Position numbers and translations under genes: made by a program. DNA of 61,564 nt, filler included. It is 3 parts of 3 records of this genome, joined end to end, with 100 filler letters (N's around TTAATTAATTAA, not from the genome) between each part and the next. Parts side by side here need not be neighbours in the genome. Positions count along the whole stretch, not along the records: positions 1 to 18,328 come from SRR31156797_8179; 2 more parts are not named here. One strand, 5' to 3'. Below are positions 1 through 9,476 of the stretch, piece by piece. Every line of letters begins with the position of its first letter. Position 1 is the first letter of the stretch. Under the pieces are notes generated by a model. The model saw nothing but the letters and a program-made list of their open reading frames with translations. It did not search any database and was not told the DNA's origin.

Positions 1-141
1 CAAGGTTTTTTATTCGTGCGTCAGTACTGTGAATACTGAAAGAAATTATGGTTTTTTTTTATTTGTGTGTTATTGTATTAAGTTACTTATTTGAATTGGT
101 GAAAGAAATCTTAAAGGAAGTATCCCCTGACGGAAAATAAT

Positions 142-1035
142 GTGGCGAGGGTGATGATGAAGATACTCATTCTGGGAGGTACGGGTGGTCTGGGAAGCGA
201 TTGCAGAAAAGTGCTGGGGCGGGAGCATGAGGTGCTCTGCCCGGGTAAGGAGGATGTCGATGTTGTCAGTTGGGATGTGGTCATTGAGGCTTTTGACTCA
301 TTATCCCCGGATATTGTACTGAACTGTGTTGGATTAACGGATCTGGAGGCGTGTGAAGCAGATGCCTTTACCGTAAGAAAGATCAACGTGGAGGGCCCCA
401 GGAATCTGGCGCAGTCCTCAGCCAGGTTTGGTTGTAAAATTGTACATGTGTCCTGCGGACACGTGTTTGACGGGCGAAAGGGGATGCCGCAGCCGTATTT
501 TGAAGATGATGCGCCAAACCCGCTTTCCGCCTATGGCAGAAGTAAGTTGGAGAGTGAGACGGCCGTTCGCGGAAACTCGCCCAACTATATCATTGTTCGC
601 TCCAGTTGGTTATACGGCATTCATGGCAATAATCCCATCAAAACCGTTTTACGACATGCGGTACGGGGCGGTTCAACACCCATGCAGCTGCCCGATGACC
701 GGTTTGGTGCGCCCACCTGGAGCCACCGGCTGGCATTGCAGATCAGGGAATTGCTGAACAAGGACGGCAGGGGGTCATATCATGCCACATCTTACGGGTA
801 TTGCAGTCCCTTTGAACTGGCACAGCATGTTTTGAAAAAACTGAAGCTGAATGCACCCATTAAGCCTTGCAGCGTTAAAGACTTAAGTATTGGACACCTG
901 TTGCCGGTCAATTGCGTGCTTGAAAACAGGCTTTCGAAGAAACAGGGCGTCAATGTGATGGCCGATTGGGAAAAGGATCTGGACACGTTTCTTGAACAGT
1001 TTGGGGATCAGCTTATTGAAGAAGCCGGACGATGA
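142..1035 (+). CDS. rfbD: dTDP-4-dehydrorhamnose reductase (RmlD)-like SDR
   Basis: Rossmann GGTGGLG motif, VFDG, YGRSK catalytic YxxxK, IIVRSSWLYG, GAPT. True start may be ATG 154 or 157. Confidence 0.8.
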   Translation: MARVMMKILILGGTGGLGSDCRKVLGREHEVLCPGKEDVDVVSWDVVIEAFDSLSPDIVLNCVGLTDLEACEADAFTVRKINVEGPRNLAQSSARFGCKIVHVSCGHVFDGRKGMPQPYFEDDAPNPLSAYGRSKLESETAVRGNSPNYIIVRSSWLYGIHGNNPIKTVLRHAVRGGSTPMQLPDDRFGAPTWSHRLALQIRELLNKDGRGSYHATSYGYCSPFELAQHVLKKLKLNAPIKPCSVKDLSIGHLLPVNCVLENRLSKKQGVNVMADWEKDLDTFLEQFGDQLIEEAGR

Positions 1036-1478
1036 TGAAAGTATTGCTGTCGATCCTGGGGCTTTCCTATCTGGTGAGTCCCTACGACCTTTTCCCCGAC
1101 TTCTTTGTGGGTGTGGGGTGGTTGGATGACCTGATTGTCCTGGGTCTGCTTTGGTGGTATCTCTATGTTTATAGGCGCAGGCAATTGGGTTTTCAAAGCG
1201 ACCGTCGAGACCCTGATCAACAGCAGGCCCGTGCATCCCGTAACGGGGATTCGGATTCAAAAGATGAAAAAGCCGCCTTCAACCGGCACAAGGACCCTTA
1301 TACCGTACTGAATGTGGACAGGAAGGCATCCCAGAAAGAAATAAGGGAGGCTTATCTGGGGCTCGTCAATCAGTACCACCCGGACAAGGTGGTACACCTG
1401 GGAGAGGAATTCAGAGCATTGGCTGAAAATCGTTTTAAGGAAATCCAGAGTGCCTATGAGGCTTTAAAAATCAAATAG
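1032..1478 (+). CDS. DUF1232/YkvA membrane segment fused to C-terminal J-domain
   Basis: YLVSPYDLFPDF..GWLDD motif; DPYTVL...YHPDKV J-domain; start overlaps the upstream stop. Confidence 0.8.
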   Translation: MMKVLLSILGLSYLVSPYDLFPDFFVGVGWLDDLIVLGLLWWYLYVYRRRQLGFQSDRRDPDQQQARASRNGDSDSKDEKAAFNRHKDPYTVLNVDRKASQKEIREAYLGLVNQYHPDKVVHLGEEFRALAENRFKEIQSAYEALKIK

Positions 1479-3387
1479 ATCGGCCCAGCATCCCACCCTC
1501 ATAAATCGCCGCCTTGGCGCTTCTGGGTTCAAGGCAGTCGCCGATGCGGTGAATTTCATACCCCATGGTTTTGATCTGATTAAAAAGGGTGTCATCCGGT
1601 CGGTTTCCGATGGTAAAGACCACCTGATCCGCCGGAAGAACAGTCTGTTCGCCGTTCTTTTCAGCAATCACAACCCCATTTTCTTCAACACGGATTAGTT
1701 TGGCGTTGGTCTTGAAGGTGACACGGTTTTCCTTGAGTTTCCGAAGCAGTATTTTTTTGGTCATGCTTTCCAGTTGAGACCCCAGTTTGGGAAGCATTTC
1801 CACGATGGTTACCGGGTAACCCTTCTCTGAGAGATGAAGGGCAATTTCGCAACCGGTGGGGCCGCCCCCCACCACGACGGTTTTTCCTTCCGCCCGTTTG
1901 TGTCCGTTCAAAGCTTCATCTATGGAAATGACAAGGGCGTTGTCGATCCCCTCCACCTGCGGATAGGCCGGCGATGATCCGGTGGCCAGAATGACCACGT
2001 CGGGAGCATGGTCTTTCAGGGTGTCGGGTGTCACCTCCCGGTTCAGATGGCATGTCACCCCGAATCGCTCCATCTGCTTTTTCTGGAATCGGATCAGCTT
2101 CCGAAGTTCTTTTTTGTAGTGGGTGGTGCTTCCCAGTGTCAGTTGTCCGCCCACATAAGATTGCCTCTCAAACAGGTGCACATGGTGCCCGCGTCTGGCG
2201 GCTACCCATGCCACATTCAAACCGCCGGGCCCGGCCCCCACCACCAAGACTTTTTTTGTGGTTTCGGCAGGGTGAAAGGCCATTTCCTTTTCTCGTCCCA
2301 GGGTCGGGTTGACCAGGCACTCCACCCGGCCTCTTCTGAAAATAGATTGCATGCAGGTGTTGCAGGCAATACAGGTCCTGATATCGTCCAGTCGACCTTC
2401 CCTGGCTTTGTTGGGCATTGCCGGATCCGCCAGCAATCCCCGGCCGATGCAGACAAGGTCGGCCTTTCCGGTTTTAATAATGTCTTCCGCCAGCAGTGGT
2501 TCATTGATTCTTCCCACCGCCATGATGGGAACGCTCAGCTCTTTTTTGATGGCGGCGGCAAAATCGGTCAGGCATGCTTTTTCCATGAACATGGGTTGGC
2601 TTATCCATTCCGGTGTGGCGTCGTTGCCGGCGGATACCTGTATGACATCAACCCCTTCATTTACAAGGATCTTCAGGATTTCAAGGCTTTCTTCCACATT
2701 GAGGCCGTCTTTAACGAATTCCACGGCACTGATCTTGAAGGAGATGGGGAATTCGTCCCCGACCCGGTTCCGAATTTCCCGGACAATCTCCCGGGCAAAC
2801 CGTGATCGACCCGGGATGTCGCCTCCGTAGATGTCCTGCCGGATATTGGAAAACCTGGAGAGGAATTGATTGATTAGATATCCGTGAGCACCGTGAATCT
2901 CGATGAGTTCAAATCCCGCCTGCAGGGCACGTTCGGCCGCATCACCGAATTTTTTTACCAGTTCCCGGATGGCGCTCACAGTGAGAGGCGTTACGTCCCC
3001 TCGGATGGACGGGCAGGGTAGCGGTGAGGGGGCCACCGGTAGTCCATGAATGACCTTGGCGGAGGTCTGTCTTCCGCCATGGTGAAGTTGAACCGCGGGA
3101 ACAGCCCCTTCCGTCTTCATGGATCGGGCGATCTTCGAAAGCCCTTCCACAAATCGATCATCATAAATTCTCGCCTGATGGGGGGAAACAATTCCTTCCG
3201 GCGAGACGGCGCATGCTTCCATAATGACCATGGCAGGACCGCCGGCCGCTCTGAGGCGATAATGTTCAATGGCTTTTGGAGGAATGGAACCATCATCTTC
3301 TATTAAAAACGAAGCCAGGCCGGGCATGACGATTCTGTTTTTGAGTTTACACCCTTTGATTGAATACGTGGAAAAAAGATGTTTCAT
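1471..3387 (-). CDS. NADH:flavin oxidoreductase (OYE TIM barrel + Fe-S + FAD domain; 2,4-dienoyl-CoA reductase/BaiCD-like)
   Basis: LKNRIVM, EIHGAHGYLINQFLS, CIACNTC..C, GAGPGG, GGGPTG; GGAGAG RBS before ATG 3387. Confidence 0.9.
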   Translation of the reverse strand: MKHLFSTYSIKGCKLKNRIVMPGLASFLIEDDGSIPPKAIEHYRLRAAGGPAMVIMEACAVSPEGIVSPHQARIYDDRFVEGLSKIARSMKTEGAVPAVQLHHGGRQTSAKVIHGLPVAPSPLPCPSIRGDVTPLTVSAIRELVKKFGDAAERALQAGFELIEIHGAHGYLINQFLSRFSNIRQDIYGGDIPGRSRFAREIVREIRNRVGDEFPISFKISAVEFVKDGLNVEESLEILKILVNEGVDVIQVSAGNDATPEWISQPMFMEKACLTDFAAAIKKELSVPIMAVGRINEPLLAEDIIKTGKADLVCIGRGLLADPAMPNKAREGRLDDIRTCIACNTCMQSIFRRGRVECLVNPTLGREKEMAFHPAETTKKVLVVGAGPGGLNVAWVAARRGHHVHLFERQSYVGGQLTLGSTTHYKKELRKLIRFQKKQMERFGVTCHLNREVTPDTLKDHAPDVVILATGSSPAYPQVEGIDNALVISIDEALNGHKRAEGKTVVVGGGPTGCEIALHLSEKGYPVTIVEMLPKLGSQLESMTKKILLRKLKENRVTFKTNAKLIRVEENGVVIAEKNGEQTVLPADQVVFTIGNRPDDTLFNQIKTMGYEIHRIGDCLEPRSAKAAIYEGGMLGRSI

Positions 3388-3531
3388 ATGAGGTCTCTCC
3401 TCCTTGAGTGACATGCTCTACGATAAAAAGATATAAACTATGAGCAGGATTTGTCAAACAAAAACCCGAAATGCCGGCAATTGGGGTTTCGGCCTGAAGT
3501 CCCTGGGTATCGGGTGTTTTTTCCATGATAA

Positions 3532-4551
3532 CTATCTTTGCCACAGGGGCGGTGAACCGGGTCTTTGGGTTATCAATGTTTCCGCGTTCCAGGGAGTGGT
3601 GTCGGTTTCCTTTTTCCTTCTCAGTTCGCAGTCATACTGGCGGCACACCGGACAGTCGGGATCAGCGCATGGATCCAGATGGACCAGAACGTTCGCCCTC
3701 CCTTCAAAATAGCCCTCAATGACCGCCTCTACTTCCTCTGCTTCCATGTGCGCCTCTTCCAGAGAGAATATCCTCGGCAGGATCAGGTGAAGGCTTATGT
3801 TCAGGATGCTGCCTGAACGAAATGCTCTTAATTTGTGTATGCCCACCCAGTTGTCTTTTCGGTGCTTTTGCAGAAGTGACGAAATCTCTTCGAGAAGGGC
3901 CGGTTCGGCCCTGTCCATGAGGCCGGCGGAAGATTCTTTTATCAGGATGATGCCGGTATGGAGGATGCTGAAGCCCACCATGCAGGCGATGGCGCCATCC
4001 AGCCAGTAGAGTCCTGTCAGGTGTACCAGCAAGAGGCCAAGAAAAACCCCTGCAGACGTAATCACATCGGTCAGGACATGTTTGCCGTCGGCGGTAATGG
4101 CAAGTGAATGGGTCTTTTTGCCGGTTCGAACCAGGATGAGACCTAGCCCTAGGTTTATGAGCCCTGTCCCCAGGAGTATGGTAAGACCGTCGGTCAGGTT
4201 TGGAAGGGGTTGTGGTCGAATGATGTGGGCCAATCCGCTTTTGAAAATGCCGATGGCGGCAATGATGATCAGAGCCCCTTCAAATCCGGCGGAGAAGTAT
4301 TCCACTTTTCCATGACCGTAGGGATGGCTTTTATCCGGGGGCTTGGCAGCCAGCACAATGCTCACCAGGGCAAACGCGCTTGCCACCACATTGATGATGG
4401 ATTCAAGTGCGTCCGAGAAAACGGCTGAAGAACGGGTGAGGTGAAATGCGTAGAATTTGGCACACATCAACATTACGCCGATGGTGAATGACAGACTGAT
4501 GGCGATCAGGCGGGTTTTGAGTTGGTTTTTTGCTGGTTTTTTCGTTTTCAA
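3532..4551 (-). CDS. Cation diffusion facilitator (CDF/FieF-like) transporter
   Basis: SDALES, HPYGHGKVEY, ADGKHVLTD, multiple TM helices, C-terminal HLDPC...CPVC. Confidence 0.9.
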   Translation of the reverse strand: MKTKKPAKNQLKTRLIAISLSFTIGVMLMCAKFYAFHLTRSSAVFSDALESIINVVASAFALVSIVLAAKPPDKSHPYGHGKVEYFSAGFEGALIIIAAIGIFKSGLAHIIRPQPLPNLTDGLTILLGTGLINLGLGLILVRTGKKTHSLAITADGKHVLTDVITSAGVFLGLLLVHLTGLYWLDGAIACMVGFSILHTGIILIKESSAGLMDRAEPALLEEISSLLQKHRKDNWVGIHKLRAFRSGSILNISLHLILPRIFSLEEAHMEAEEVEAVIEGYFEGRANVLVHLDPCADPDCPVCRQYDCELRRKKETDTTPWNAETLITQRPGSPPLWQR

Positions 4552-4600
4552 TTCCCAGTCCGGACATACCGGCGACGTTGAAAGTTCAAGTTATCGTAAA

Positions 4601-5047
4601 TTAATGGCCCGCAAAATAAAACTGATGAAACTGTTTTACCAAACCTCTTAATTTGGCTGCATTTTCGGGATCCGTTGTCTGTTTGCATTTCATGCTGTAA
4701 ACAAGCATCTGCTGCAGCAGCGCAAGCTTCTGATGGTAATCCTTGATCCCCTGTTTGATTCTCTGAGTCATGAAATACTGCGCGACGATGGTTTGGATTT
4801 CAGTGGCGTGGTGTTCCTTATTCATGATCCATCGAACCATCTGATTGAAATTGGGGCTTTTTTCTTGTTCCAGGTGTTTGATCTGCTTCATTGATTTTTC
4901 AATGGTCGTGATATGTTCAAGAATCATGTTGATCCTGGCTTGATCGTCGTAAATTCCGCAGGGGATTTCACAATGGGCGGATACGGTGCTCACCAGAACA
5001 GCAAAACAGATTGTACCGACAAAAGATTGGAAAAAACGCTTTTTCAT
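4601..5047 (-). CDS. sodN: Nickel superoxide dismutase precursor
   Basis: Signal peptide ending VSA, followed directly by the nickel-hook HCEIPCGIYD; KEHHA; YFMTQRIK. Confidence 0.9.
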   Translation of the reverse strand: MKKRFFQSFVGTICFAVLVSTVSAHCEIPCGIYDDQARINMILEHITTIEKSMKQIKHLEQEKSPNFNQMVRWIMNKEHHATEIQTIVAQYFMTQRIKQGIKDYHQKLALLQQMLVYSMKCKQTTDPENAAKLRGLVKQFHQFYFAGH

Positions 5048-5367
5048 AACGACCTCCCGTATCCTTGCATGCTATTGAATTGTTATTTGATGATTCGTCA
5101 TGGAATGGTTTTTCAATCTCATATCATCCAGATCTTGTCAAGCCCGGCGGATGTGGCGGTTTTCTTTTTAGAAACCGGTGAAAAAAAATTTTATTGACAA
5201 ATATGATCAAAAAATATAGAAGGGAAAGTTGTTTTCCATCTTTATGATTGCAAGATTGTAATGTTACTGAAAGGTTTAGGTAAGGTTCGGCAGGTATTCT
5301 CCTGACTGAGGCCAGCGTTTTTGCCGGCGCCTGAAGTTTTGGAATAAGTTCCCTGAAAGGAGATATC

Positions 5368-5526
5368 ATGTCGAAGAAAAGAGTTATAGCCGAAGAGGTC
5401 TTTGATGCCATGCTGGATCAGGCCATTGAAGAGTTAAAACTGAGTGGGCTGGATGCCGGAGAAGTCTTTTCCATTGTGGAAGAGAATTTCGGTGTTGCCT
5501 ATGCCCGCAGGTTTTGCAGTAAATGA
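5368..5526 (+). CDS. Small hypothetical protein (52 aa), not in ORF track
   Basis: AAAGGAGA RBS just before ATG 5368; open frame MSKKRVIAEEVFDAMLDQAIEELKLSGLDAGEVFSIVEENFGVAYARRFCSK to TGA 5524-5526. Confidence 0.6.
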   Translation: MSKKRVIAEEVFDAMLDQAIEELKLSGLDAGEVFSIVEENFGVAYARRFCSK

Positions 5527-5572
5527 TTCATAGCCCGAAAGCGTCTGTTTTTTGCGGGTGAAGGAAATCTCT

Positions 5573-6199
5573 ATGCCTTCCTCCCTTCCAACCCTTGAAA
5601 TCTTTACCGATTGCACATGCCCATGGTGTTATTTCATGTCCGGGCGGATCGCCCGGCTTAAAAAAGAGTATAACGTTCAAATCCGACGTAGAATGTTTCC
5701 ATTTCGATCGGATACTCCGGAGGCCGGTCTTTCGCTGAATGCCTGTTTTTCCGACGACCCCCTGGTGGTCAAAGAAAGAATGCGCAACCTGAAGGAAACA
5801 GCCGAAGGTTTGGGACTCCCTTTCGGTTCCCCTGAAATGATCTATAACAGTCGTTCGGCCCAGGAACTGGGCCTCTGGGCTGAATCGAAGGGGAAGGGCG
5901 ATGCTTTTCTTCAAGCTCTGTACGTCGCTTATTTTGTGGATTCAAGAAATATTGCGAAATCTTCCGTGCTATCCGAGGTTGCGGCTTCGGTGGGTCTCCC
6001 GGCCGAGGAAGTTGATGCAGTTCTCAAAACCGGGGTTTTTAAAGAACCTGTGGATCGGGATTGGGCCATGGCAGAGGAGATGAATATTCTGGTATTGCCC
6101 ACCTTCGTGCTGAACCGACTTCGCCTGGTTGGGGCTCAGCCATATCATAAGCTTCAGCGGCTGATGGAGAAAAGCGGTGCCGTAACGAAAAGAGGATGA
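5573..6199 (+). CDS. DsbA/FrnE-family thiol oxidoreductase
   Basis: IFTDCTCPWCYF CxxC, NSRSAQEL, LPTFV, LVGAQPY. Confidence 0.85.
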   Translation: MPSSLPTLEIFTDCTCPWCYFMSGRIARLKKEYNVQIRRRMFPFRSDTPEAGLSLNACFSDDPLVVKERMRNLKETAEGLGLPFGSPEMIYNSRSAQELGLWAESKGKGDAFLQALYVAYFVDSRNIAKSSVLSEVAASVGLPAEEVDAVLKTGVFKEPVDRDWAMAEEMNILVLPTFVLNRLRLVGAQPYHKLQRLMEKSGAVTKRG

Positions 6200-6984
6200 C
6201 TGATTTTTCCGAACACGGTTTTATCAAGCGATGGCATCATTTCCTGTTGGATCTTTCGGTCACCCTGGTTCTGTGGTCTTATTATACGCTGGGTTTTGTC
6301 CTTTTTTTTGCACCGTTCTATTTCCTGGCGTACATCTTTGCCAAAAATCGACAAGCCGCATTTCAAAGACTAAACCATATCTTCTACAAGGGATTTTTCG
6401 GCATCATAAAACGGTTGATCCCCGCGTGCCGGTGGCAGATCCCCCAGGAAGTGCGGGAAATTCGATCGTCCGTTATTGTATGTAACCATCGTTCCTATAT
6501 TGATCCCATTTTACTGATTTCCATCTATGCCCAAGCTACGACCATTGCCAAAGCCCGTCTTTTTCGCATCCCGGTTTTCGGTGCAATGCTATCCCTGTCA
6601 GGATACATTCCGTCGGAAGTCGGGGGCCGTTTTGCGGCGCTCATGCTGGATCTCATGGAGCGTATGGGCGGGTTCATCGCTTCGGGTGGAAACGTATTTA
6701 TCTTTCCGGAAGGGACCCGGAGTCGGGACGGCCGCATCGGCAGATTAAACAAGGGGGCCTTTAAGATTGCCAGAATATGCAAAGCGCCCGTGACGGTCCT
6801 ATTTATCGAGAATACGGACAAGCTGTTTCCACCCGGAAAGTTTCTGTTTAATGCCCATGGCCCCAATACCGTAATTGTAACGAGGGTTCTGACCATAAAT
6901 CCGGATTACCGGTCTGATCGGTTTTCGATCAACGGTTTAATGGCTGATGTCCATGCGCTTCTGGAGGGACAAAATATTGCTTGA
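6196..6984 (+). CDS. PlsC-family lysophospholipid acyltransferase
   Basis: NHRSYID (NHxxxxD) and FPEGTRS motifs; N-terminal TM; ATGA overlap with the dsbA-like stop. Confidence 0.9.
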   Translation: MTDFSEHGFIKRWHHFLLDLSVTLVLWSYYTLGFVLFFAPFYFLAYIFAKNRQAAFQRLNHIFYKGFFGIIKRLIPACRWQIPQEVREIRSSVIVCNHRSYIDPILLISIYAQATTIAKARLFRIPVFGAMLSLSGYIPSEVGGRFAALMLDLMERMGGFIASGGNVFIFPEGTRSRDGRIGRLNKGAFKIARICKAPVTVLFIENTDKLFPPGKFLFNAHGPNTVIVTRVLTINPDYRSDRFSINGLMADVHALLEGQNIA

Positions 6985-7008
6985 TTGGCACTTTTCTTTG
7001 GAGAGAAT

Positions 7009-8499
7009 ATGAAAATTGTTTTGATTTCAATGCCGGATGCGGCGCCTGTGATCATGCACGAATCGGCCTTTCATATGCCGAACTTAGGCCTTGCCAGCAT
7101 CGGTGCCAATGTTGATGAAAACAATAAGGTTTTCATCATTGACCTGATCCGCAAGCGGCGAAAAGTCCGGCGTTATCTCACCCGTGTTCTGCTTAAAATT
7201 CAACCCGACCTGGTGGGTCTTTCGGCCATGACCTGGCAGTACGCAACGTGCTTGAAGCTGATGAAGCTGATCAAGACACTCCTTCCACGCGTGAACGTGG
7301 TGCTGGGCGGTTATCATGCAAGTCTCATGTATGAAGAAATTACCGCCCATGGGGAATCGTGTCGGTTTGATTATCTGATTCGGGGTGAGGGTGAAGAAGC
7401 CTTTAAACGGCTGGTCAGGGCATTGGCCGGGGAAGATCGCATTGAGTCCATACCGTCTTTGTCTTACCGAAAAGACGGCGAATTTATCCACAACCCTAAA
7501 GGCGAACTCCTTGATTTGTCCCATTTGAAGCTTCCCCTCCGCGACAAACGGCGCTTGACCTGGGGCTACCATATCATGAACCACAAATCCGAAGTCATGG
7601 AGACATCCAGGGGTTGCACGGGGAACTGCAATTTTTGCAGCATTCGGCATATGTATGGCCGTTCCTTCAGGCCCTTTCCCATAAAACGGGTTTTGGCGGA
7701 TGTGGATGATATTTATTTCAAACGGAAAGCCCGATGGATATTTGTCTCCGATGACAACTTCGTGCTGGATCCCCAACGGGTGATAGCACTTTGCGATGCC
7801 ATTATTGCAAGGGGGTATCGGAATCTGTACTTTGTTGTCCAGGCTGACTGCGTTACCATGTCGAGAAACGAGGAAATGGTGGAAAAGATGGCCCTGGCAG
7901 GGTTCAAATCCGTGTTCCTGGGCATGGAAAATGCTTCTAAAAAGAATCTTAAGGCCGCACGCAAAGGGGATATTCTGGATGCGTCCCGAAGGGCCGTCCG
8001 CAACTGCCATAAATACGGCATCATGGTTGTGGGGGGCATGATCTTCGGTTTTCCCGATGACGGTGAAGCGGAAATTATTGAAAATTACCGTTTTCTCAAA
8101 TCCACGGGCGCCGATACCGCCTATTGCCAGATCCTGACACCGTATCCCAAAACGGAGATACGGCAGCAACTACTGGATCAGGGTTTGGTGACAAACCCTT
8201 TGGACTACACCCGTTACAACGGCATGTGGGCGAATGTGAAAACCCGAAAACTGGATGCCGAGACCCTTCAATATCTGTTCTGGCGCCATGAGCAGACGGT
8301 TATGGGGTGGTGGGAGCCGTCGGATAGAATTCGGGAGCAGGGACGATTCTGGACGGGGACCTGGATCCATTTCCTCAAACCCGTCATGAAGATTTTAGTC
8401 CGTCGTTCCCAGAAAAAATATGGATGGCGGGGCCGATTTCAAAGGGACATGAAGCATCGGGCTTCCGTAAACCGGTTCAGGGATCTTGAGGGGTTGTAA
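7009..8499 (+). CDS. Cobalamin-binding radical SAM protein (BchE/HpnP-like architecture)
   Basis: N-terminal B12-binding domain (PNLGLASI, PDLVGLS, GGYHAS, GEGE); ETSRGCTGNCNFC CxxxCxxC; DDNF; TPYPKT; GGAG RBS. Confidence 0.9.
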   Translation: MKIVLISMPDAAPVIMHESAFHMPNLGLASIGANVDENNKVFIIDLIRKRRKVRRYLTRVLLKIQPDLVGLSAMTWQYATCLKLMKLIKTLLPRVNVVLGGYHASLMYEEITAHGESCRFDYLIRGEGEEAFKRLVRALAGEDRIESIPSLSYRKDGEFIHNPKGELLDLSHLKLPLRDKRRLTWGYHIMNHKSEVMETSRGCTGNCNFCSIRHMYGRSFRPFPIKRVLADVDDIYFKRKARWIFVSDDNFVLDPQRVIALCDAIIARGYRNLYFVVQADCVTMSRNEEMVEKMALAGFKSVFLGMENASKKNLKAARKGDILDASRRAVRNCHKYGIMVVGGMIFGFPDDGEAEIIENYRFLKSTGADTAYCQILTPYPKTEIRQQLLDQGLVTNPLDYTRYNGMWANVKTRKLDAETLQYLFWRHEQTVMGWWEPSDRIREQGRFWTGTWIHFLKPVMKILVRRSQKKYGWRGRFQRDMKHRASVNRFRDLEGL

Positions 8500-8603
8500 T
8501 TTATAGGGTGAATGTTTACGGTTTACTATTATCGGCTCATGGTTGAGAAAAATGTGAACCGTAAACTGACAACCGTAAATGGGTTATCGTAGGCAGAGGT
8601 CCA

Positions 8604-9422
8604 ATGGAGCAGCAGGATTATTACAAGGTATTGCGGGTGGAAACATCCGCAAGCCAGCAGCAAATCAAAGAATCCTATCGAAAACTGGCATTTGAATATC
8701 ATCCGGATCGGAATCGGGACGATACGGCGGCGGCGCAGATGAAAGCCATCAATGAATCCTACGCCGTTTTGTCCGATCCTCAAAAACGAAGCCGGTACGA
8801 CACGCTGAGGCAAACTTATGGCGATGCCGCCCATGATCGCTTCAAGCAATCCTATACCGAGCAGGATATCTTCAGGGGAAGCGATATCCATCAGATTTTT
8901 GAGGAATTCAGCCGCGCCTTCGGGCTCAGGGGGTTTGACGAAATTTTCAAGGACTTCTACGGACCCGGATACCGATCCTTTGAATTCAGGAGGCCCAACG
9001 CTTTCGGCAGGGTTTTCGTGGGGACACAGGGCCGGGGAAATGGCCCGGGACCAGGGTTCCCCTTGGGCGGACAACTGGGACGTTTAATCAAGTACGGGCT
9101 TAAGAAAAAGTGGGGCATTGAGTTACCCGAAAAAGGAAAAGATATCCAGGATATGATTGCGGTTTCATCGGAAATGCTTAAAGCTGGGGGCAAAATCAAC
9201 TATCTGTGCCGAAAAAACCGGAAGGAACTGCTGGTGAGCATTCCCCCCGGCATGAGGGCAGGGCAGAAGATCCGATTGAAGGGGATGGGTGAATCGGGAA
9301 AAGGAGGCGCCGAACCGGGCGATCTCTATGTTGAGGTGCAGAGGCGGGATCCGCTGCTCCGGAAAATCGGCAAATCGGCCAAAGGGATCCTCTCTTCCTT
9401 GAAAAAGCTGGGGAATCCCTGA
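8604..9422 (+). CDS. DnaJ-domain protein without Zn finger (CbpA-like)
   Basis: DYYKVL..YHPDRN J-domain, G/F-rich linker, IPPGMRAGQKIRLKGMG..GDLYV. Confidence 0.85.
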   Translation: MEQQDYYKVLRVETSASQQQIKESYRKLAFEYHPDRNRDDTAAAQMKAINESYAVLSDPQKRSRYDTLRQTYGDAAHDRFKQSYTEQDIFRGSDIHQIFEEFSRAFGLRGFDEIFKDFYGPGYRSFEFRRPNAFGRVFVGTQGRGNGPGPGFPLGGQLGRLIKYGLKKKWGIELPEKGKDIQDMIAVSSEMLKAGGKINYLCRKNRKELLVSIPPGMRAGQKIRLKGMGESGKGGAEPGDLYVEVQRRDPLLRKIGKSAKGILSSLKKLGNP

Positions 9423-9476
9423 CCACGGCGCCGCCACCACCGCAAAAGGTCTTCCGCCCTTACCCCATCCAACGGT

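Noticed and set aside
5600-5640. Selenocysteine in the DsbA-like active site
   Set aside because: The motif uses ordinary Cys codons (TGC/TGT); there is no in-frame TGA.
7084-8169. 361-aa minus-strand ORF
   Set aside because: Antisense shadow of the radical SAM gene.
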